Assembly (NCBI GenBank): GCA_024181965.1
Contig: BQXS01013858.1
Location: forward strand, 1-46,916
Source: Aduncisulcus paluster
Lineage: Eukaryota
Direction: 5' to 3'
Length of the DNA: 46,916 bases
Shown here: one piece after another, positions 41,955-46,916 of the stretch
Layout of the letters: each line of letters starts with the position of its first letter
Numbering within the stretch: the first letter of the stretch is position 1
The notes under the pieces: generated by a model
Told to the model about the DNA's origin: nothing
Seen by the model: only the letters and a program-made list of their open reading frames with translations
The model's database searches: none
Position numbers and translations under genes: made by a program

Positions 41955-42497
41955 GCTCAGAATCGAACAGCATGATCAAGTTTTGGATATATCGACTGAT
42001 AGTATCAACGCGATCTTCAAGATATTGTTGGTTGCACGGAAACGTACAACTGGTATATGGTTGAGAACTGATTTTCTTCATTCAAGAAGTGGGGGCAGAA
42101 TGGTGGGAGAAATATCGTGATTATGTTATTCTCCAGGGCGAAGCTCTAATGTTTCTGAAGCTTTACTTTTGTCTAATGTTTCTATGGATGGTCGCATTGT
42201 CGATGAAGAACGGAATAGTCAAGTTGACGGATAATGACGTCAATTCTTGTTGGTATTTTTTTGTAAATTCAAAAATGAAAATATTAAGATTCAACTTGAA
42301 AATCTGTTGGCCATATGCCATACTATGGCAACAATAGTATTGTTTCTGATAGTAAAAAATTCACTCGTCAATCCGCTTTTTTCTTGCACTTTTGGGGTTT
42401 ATTTTGAAGCAATTGCATAAAATATTTGGTTTATTTTGTCATAAGAAGTTTATTTTTATATCTTTGCTCATAATTTTATCATTCTATATTCATTATT

Positions 42498-42929
42498 ATG
42501 GAAACCGGATTTACTCCTGAAACAATTAAAGCATCTCTTGAAGATAGATTTCTGAAAGAAGATAGAATGTTTTTATCGAGAAAAAAAGTATGTGTCGTTT
42601 TCTTATTTTGGTTCATCTTGTTTTGTAGTTCTTATTGTTTTTTTCACAATTTTATTTGATATTTCTTTTTATTTTTACAATTTTCTTCTTCTTTGATAAC
42701 CGTTAACTTTAAGCTTCATTTTCTTTCTAGAGAGTTAGAAAGTGTATCCGAAGCTTATGTTTCTTTTAAAAGTGTTGAATCAAAACCATATTGGTATTCT
42801 TCGGGCGGAACTTTCTTCCTTCTTGAGAAAAAAGATGTGTTAGATAATTTAGATATTCAACGAGGAAAGATTTCAGCTGATATTGAAGTTGAGAAAAGAA
42901 AGCTAAAAGAAATTAAAGAAACACGTTAA
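42498..42929 (+). CDS. Prefoldin beta-like protein, PDRG1-like; join(42498..42587,42714..42929), 101 aa
   Basis: Spliced METGFTPETIKASLEDRFLKEDRMFLSRKKLHFLSRELESVSEAYVSF...YWYSSGGTFFLLEKKDVLDNLDIQRGKISADIEVEKRKLKE: helix, G..F hairpin, helix, as in beta prefoldins. Confidence 0.65.
42588..42713 (+). other. Spliceosomal intron, 126 nt, phase 0 (GTATGT...GTTAACTTTAAG)
   Basis: GTATGT donor and very T-rich body. The AG at 42712-13 keeps the frame; the TAG at 42728-30 does not. Confidence 0.7.
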
Positions 42930-43225
42930 ACTATTCAAATTTTCCTTAAAAATACTATATTGTCACGAATATTGGAGATAACATCGTTCTTTGACGATTC
43001 CTCGAAGTGTGATTCCTATTGTTCTGATACGCATTAATTAAATTATATAAACAATAAATTAACTTTTACCTTAGATATATGTGTTGATTTTACATCCATA
43101 TATGAGTCTTAGTTGCATTAGAATCGACACACAAATTTTTTCTCATGTACAGACAGAAACATCGAGTTTCAATTGATATTTTTTGATTATTTTAATTATA
43201 AGTGAAAATTTAAACCAATTTTGTC

Positions 43226-46200
43226 ATGCAAAAAGTCCATTCATCAGATATTGATAGAGATAGTGATTTCGATGATGTTACAACAAAGTTATTTCTTAAA
43301 ATCAAACCATTTTTTCATCCTGAGACACATTCATTAAAAAAAGATCCCCCTGCTGACCAAGTTTGTGTTATTCCCGATCCCTCACATAATAAGGTGTTTT
43401 TAAAGAATCCCAGCAGTAGAACTGCCGATACTTATTCATTCGATAATATTTTTTCGGAGGATATTGACTTACAGGAGCTGTATTCTGCCCTATATTATAA
43501 GTCTATTATCAACCAAGCTATCCCCGATATTCCGATTACCATGATACGTTCTCAAAACCAATTAAGTGTTGTTTCCAACCATCTTACTTTATTTTATGGC
43601 CCTTCAGGCTGCGGAAAATCCTTTTCTCTTGGATTTTCTCGACCTTTACAACTTGATCCACCTCCTCCTGATTTGTTCGGTCAAGTCAGCTCNNNNNNNN
43701 NNNNNNNNNNNNATTATCAACCAAGCTATCCCCGATATTCCGATTACCATGATACGTTCTCAAAACCAATTAAGTGTTGTTTCCAACCATCTTACTTTAT
43801 TTTATGGCCCTTCAGGCTGCGGAAAATCCTTTTCTCTTGGATTTTCTCGACCTTTACAACTTGATCCACCTCCTCCTGATTTGTTCGGTCAAGTCAGCTC
43901 AATTCTTGATATTTCTCCATTCAAATCGAAATTAAAAAACCCTAAAAGTGGTATCATTCCCAGGTTTATTGCTCACCTATTCCACAGAGTTTATCTTGTT
44001 GAGAAATCTTTCATTGAAGAGAAATATCGTCTCCCAATCTCAATTTCCTCAGCGTCTAGAATTTCCAAATCAGCAACTATTCCACTACCATTTCGAAAAA
44101 TCTCCCCCAAAACCTTCTCATCTTTGTCTCCAAAAATGTTCTCTCACCTTTTTTCCATGTCTGTTATTGAATTTTGTGACGATAAGACTTTCCGAAATCT
44201 TTTGGCCGATGGGTCACACGCAATGATTCATGAAGCCTCAAAATTCACTAAAACCGATCGATCTTCCTCGACTTTTTCAAATTTATCTCATTTATTACTT
44301 TCCAGCAAAGAGTTTTCAGTGACCTTTTCAACCTTTGATGATGCGTGTATTCTTCTTCAAAAGGCCATTAGTCGACGTTCTACGGAAGCCACCCTTCTCA
44401 ACAAACACTCGTCTCGTTCCCACGTCCTTGTGTGCATCAATATTATGCGCTATGAGTATGAATGGCTTCATTATGTGCAGAAGAAGTTGGTTAAAAAGCT
44501 TCATCGACAACCAATATTAAAGGGGCATCATGCTAGTATCGATGAGTCAAGCAGTGAATGCAGCATAACGGAGTCAGAGTCTTCTTCAATATCACAAAGC
44601 CACCCACTCTCCTCCTCGTCTCGGACAACAAAGAAAAAGAAGAAACCCGTTAAACAAGAGGCCTTTCAGGTGGCAAGATTTTGTTTCATTGATTGTGCCG
44701 GTATTGAACAACTCAATTCAAGCCATAACACGCTTGTATCAGCCAGGCGATCATCAATAGCAAGGAAAGGTGCTCCATCCGACTATGACCTTGCTGACAA
44801 AGGTCCTGTTGCAAATGTCAAACAATTGAAAACAACAACAATGTTTCTCAATCAATTATTGGAGCAATATTTGCCAAGTTTATATTCAAGTTCTTCAAAA
44901 TCCGATCATGAAAAAGTCAAGGAACTTATCAGATTGAACTTTAAATCGTGTCCCTTTGCAATGTGCATTCTACCCTTTCTGCTCTCCCCACTTCGTATTA
45001 TTGTCTGTGTTTCTCGTGAGAAAGAAATGTATTCTCTGAACAAACAGGCTCTGAAGTTTGCTCAGAGTTCCCATGGTGTTATCCTTTCGGGTAAAGACTA
45101 TTACTCGAAATCTAAACTTGATTTGGCTCATCAACAGGGCCTTGAAGCTGAAAAGGCACTTGTTCGTGTTCAGTCTCATGCCAGCCTCACTGCTGATCGT
45201 TTGCGGGATGCAGAACAAGAGATTGCCAAACTCAAAGAAGAGCTTGAGAGTTTGAAGAAAGAAAATGAGATGTTCAAAAAGATCAAGGAGGAGTTGACTG
45301 CTGAAATATCTACGTTACAATCCAATGTGTCCACATTAAAGGCGATTGGTCGGAGAAGAGATGAGAGAATCATCAGCAAGGATAATGACATTGAAGATTT
45401 ACAATCACAGATATCAACATTGGAAGAGAGAGAAACTGAACTTGAAGATCTGATCAAAGCCAAAGAGGAAGAAATTGATCACTTTGAGCGCAAACTTGAA
45501 ATAGAAGCATCCAAAACCAAGAGATCGGAGGATAAATGCAAGCGATTGGAGAAAGATTTGTCAAAATGTAGATCTTTGAATGACAAATATCTTGATATGC
45601 TTTCTGACAGTGAAGCCACTTATACTGATAAGATCCATCAACTCAAAGAAGAATGTGATTCTTCAATTGAGGAAATGAAAGGCAAAATGATGAATATGAG
45701 AAAGAAAATGAAAATACTTCAAGATGACAAGAATTCTCACATCAAATCTATAGAAGAGGTGATGCAACAATCCAGGGTCCTCGCTTCAGATAATTACATT
45801 TTGAGATCTGAAAATGTCAACCTCAAGGGCGAGCTTGATCGTGCAAAGAAAGCATTATCTGCCCAGAAAAGTCACGAGGTGGCGCAACGAGAAAAAGACT
45901 TGCAAAAAGAAATCCACCAATTGCGCTTGATCCTTAAAATGCGTGATCAAACCATTGAACTCATCAAGGAGAAAAATAACTTAATTTTGCAGGGGGATCA
46001 CTCAACAATTCATTTGACTTCCAGTGATCCTTCTCTGGGTAGGTTTAAGGGAGATCGAACCTTCGATTGTGAAATTGAAGATTCTGGTTCTTTGGGAGCA
46101 GATGAAATGTCATGCATAAGTGACACTTCTTTTACTGAGCTTCGTCAAACAAAAGCCGAAAAGGATACAATATCGCATCTCATGGAACAGGTATCTGGCG

Positions 46201-46916
46201 CCCACCACAGTCTTCATCGCCGAGTTGAAGTTTTGTCGAAGTCAAACTCTGACCTGAATGATGAAAATCAGCTGCTCCAAGCAAGACTAAATGCCTTCAA
46301 AATTGAACAAAATAACCTCCAAGAAAAACACAATCAGTTAATGATAAAATTCAAAGATCTATTCGAAAAATATAGAGATTTGGAAGAATCTGGATTGAAA
46401 GCAAAACAACTGATTAAAGAACATCACGAATTAACTGAAACACATGATTTATTAGTAGAAAGTCATACAAATATACAAGAAGAACGCGATCAACTGAAGG
46501 AAGAGCGTGACCAGATCCAAGAGAAGCAAGATACTCTCGAAGCTGAACATGACCGTCTTGCCAATGATCACACTGTTTTGAAGGATGCTCACACCAAGCT
46601 TGAGGTAGAACGCGATCAACTGAAGGAAGAGCGTGGCCAGATCCAAGAGAAGCAAGATACTCTTGAAGCTGAACATGACCGTCTTGCCAATGATCACACT
46701 GTTTTGAAGGATGCTCACACCAAGCTTGAGGAAGAACGCGATCAACTGAAGGAAGAGCGTGACCACCTCCAAGAGGAACAAGAAAAGGAGCCTTCAGAAT
46801 CTGTTGAACCCAAAGAACCCATCACGATCGAGGACTCTGTTCAAAAGGATTATAGTACCAACGGAACGATTGCTGACATTGAATACGAAGAATCTAATGA
46901 TTCTACCGATTCCGAG
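43226..46916 (+). CDS. Divergent N-terminal-motor kinesin with long coiled-coil stalk (3'-partial; frame broken by an assembly duplicate)
   Basis: YSFDNIF, P-loop FYGPSGCGKS (43598), SGIIPR, switch I NKHSSRSH (about 44400), switch II FIDCAGIE (about 44691). After removing 43693..43900 the frame reads open to the window end. Confidence 0.85.
43505..43900. repeat. Gap-flanking duplication 43505..43692 = 43713..43900
   Basis: Offset 208, not a multiple of 3, so it creates an artificial frameshift. Confidence 0.9.
46481..46775 (+). repeat. 126-bp coding tandem repeat, about 2.3 copies (42 aa = 6 heptads)
   Basis: Units start at 46481, 46607 and 46733: ERDQLKEERDQIQEKQDTLEAEHDRLANDHTVLKDAHTKLE; a few substitutions; no gap nearby. 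Confidence 0.9.

Noticed and set aside
43693-43900. Apparent frameshift or pseudogene in the kinesin
   Set aside because: Caused by the 208-bp gap duplication; the frame is continuous after collapse.
1-46916. CRISPR arrays, transposases, rRNA/tRNA, prokaryotic operons, stop-codon reassignment
   Set aside because: No repeat-spacer pattern or such motifs seen; long ORFs read cleanly in the standard code, with TAA, TAG and TGA all used as stops.

Overview
Gene-dense, AT-rich, intron-poor eukaryotic genomic DNA. Short intergenics, GTAYGT introns and a distinctive kinase family suggest a metamonad protist, possibly a fornicate such as Aduncisulcus; this is inference. It is a draft assembly: the 20-N gaps are flanked by duplicated sequence (7 overlap duplications), and two unrelated fragments sit between paired gaps, so several ORF-track proteins are inflated or broken. 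About 17 genes are supported: a partial coiled-coil gene, RNA Pol I subunit RPA43 (intron), a TmcB-like giant membrane protein, two kinases of one divergent subfamily (one behind about 17 hydrophobic segments, one behind tandem helical units and a beta-rich domain), FACT subunit SSRP1/Pob3, a HEAT-like protein whose 3' end is copied 10.7 kb away, an aldo/keto reductase, an EI24-like protein, ALDH12/P5C dehydrogenase (intron, no presequence), a PDRG1-like prefoldin (intron), a very divergent kinesin, and several hypotheticals. I found no rRNA, tRNA, CRISPR array or transposase. The best candidate for a new system is the modular 'DLG...GTFVYNSYE' kinase family. All family assignments come from motif recognition by eye, not database searches.
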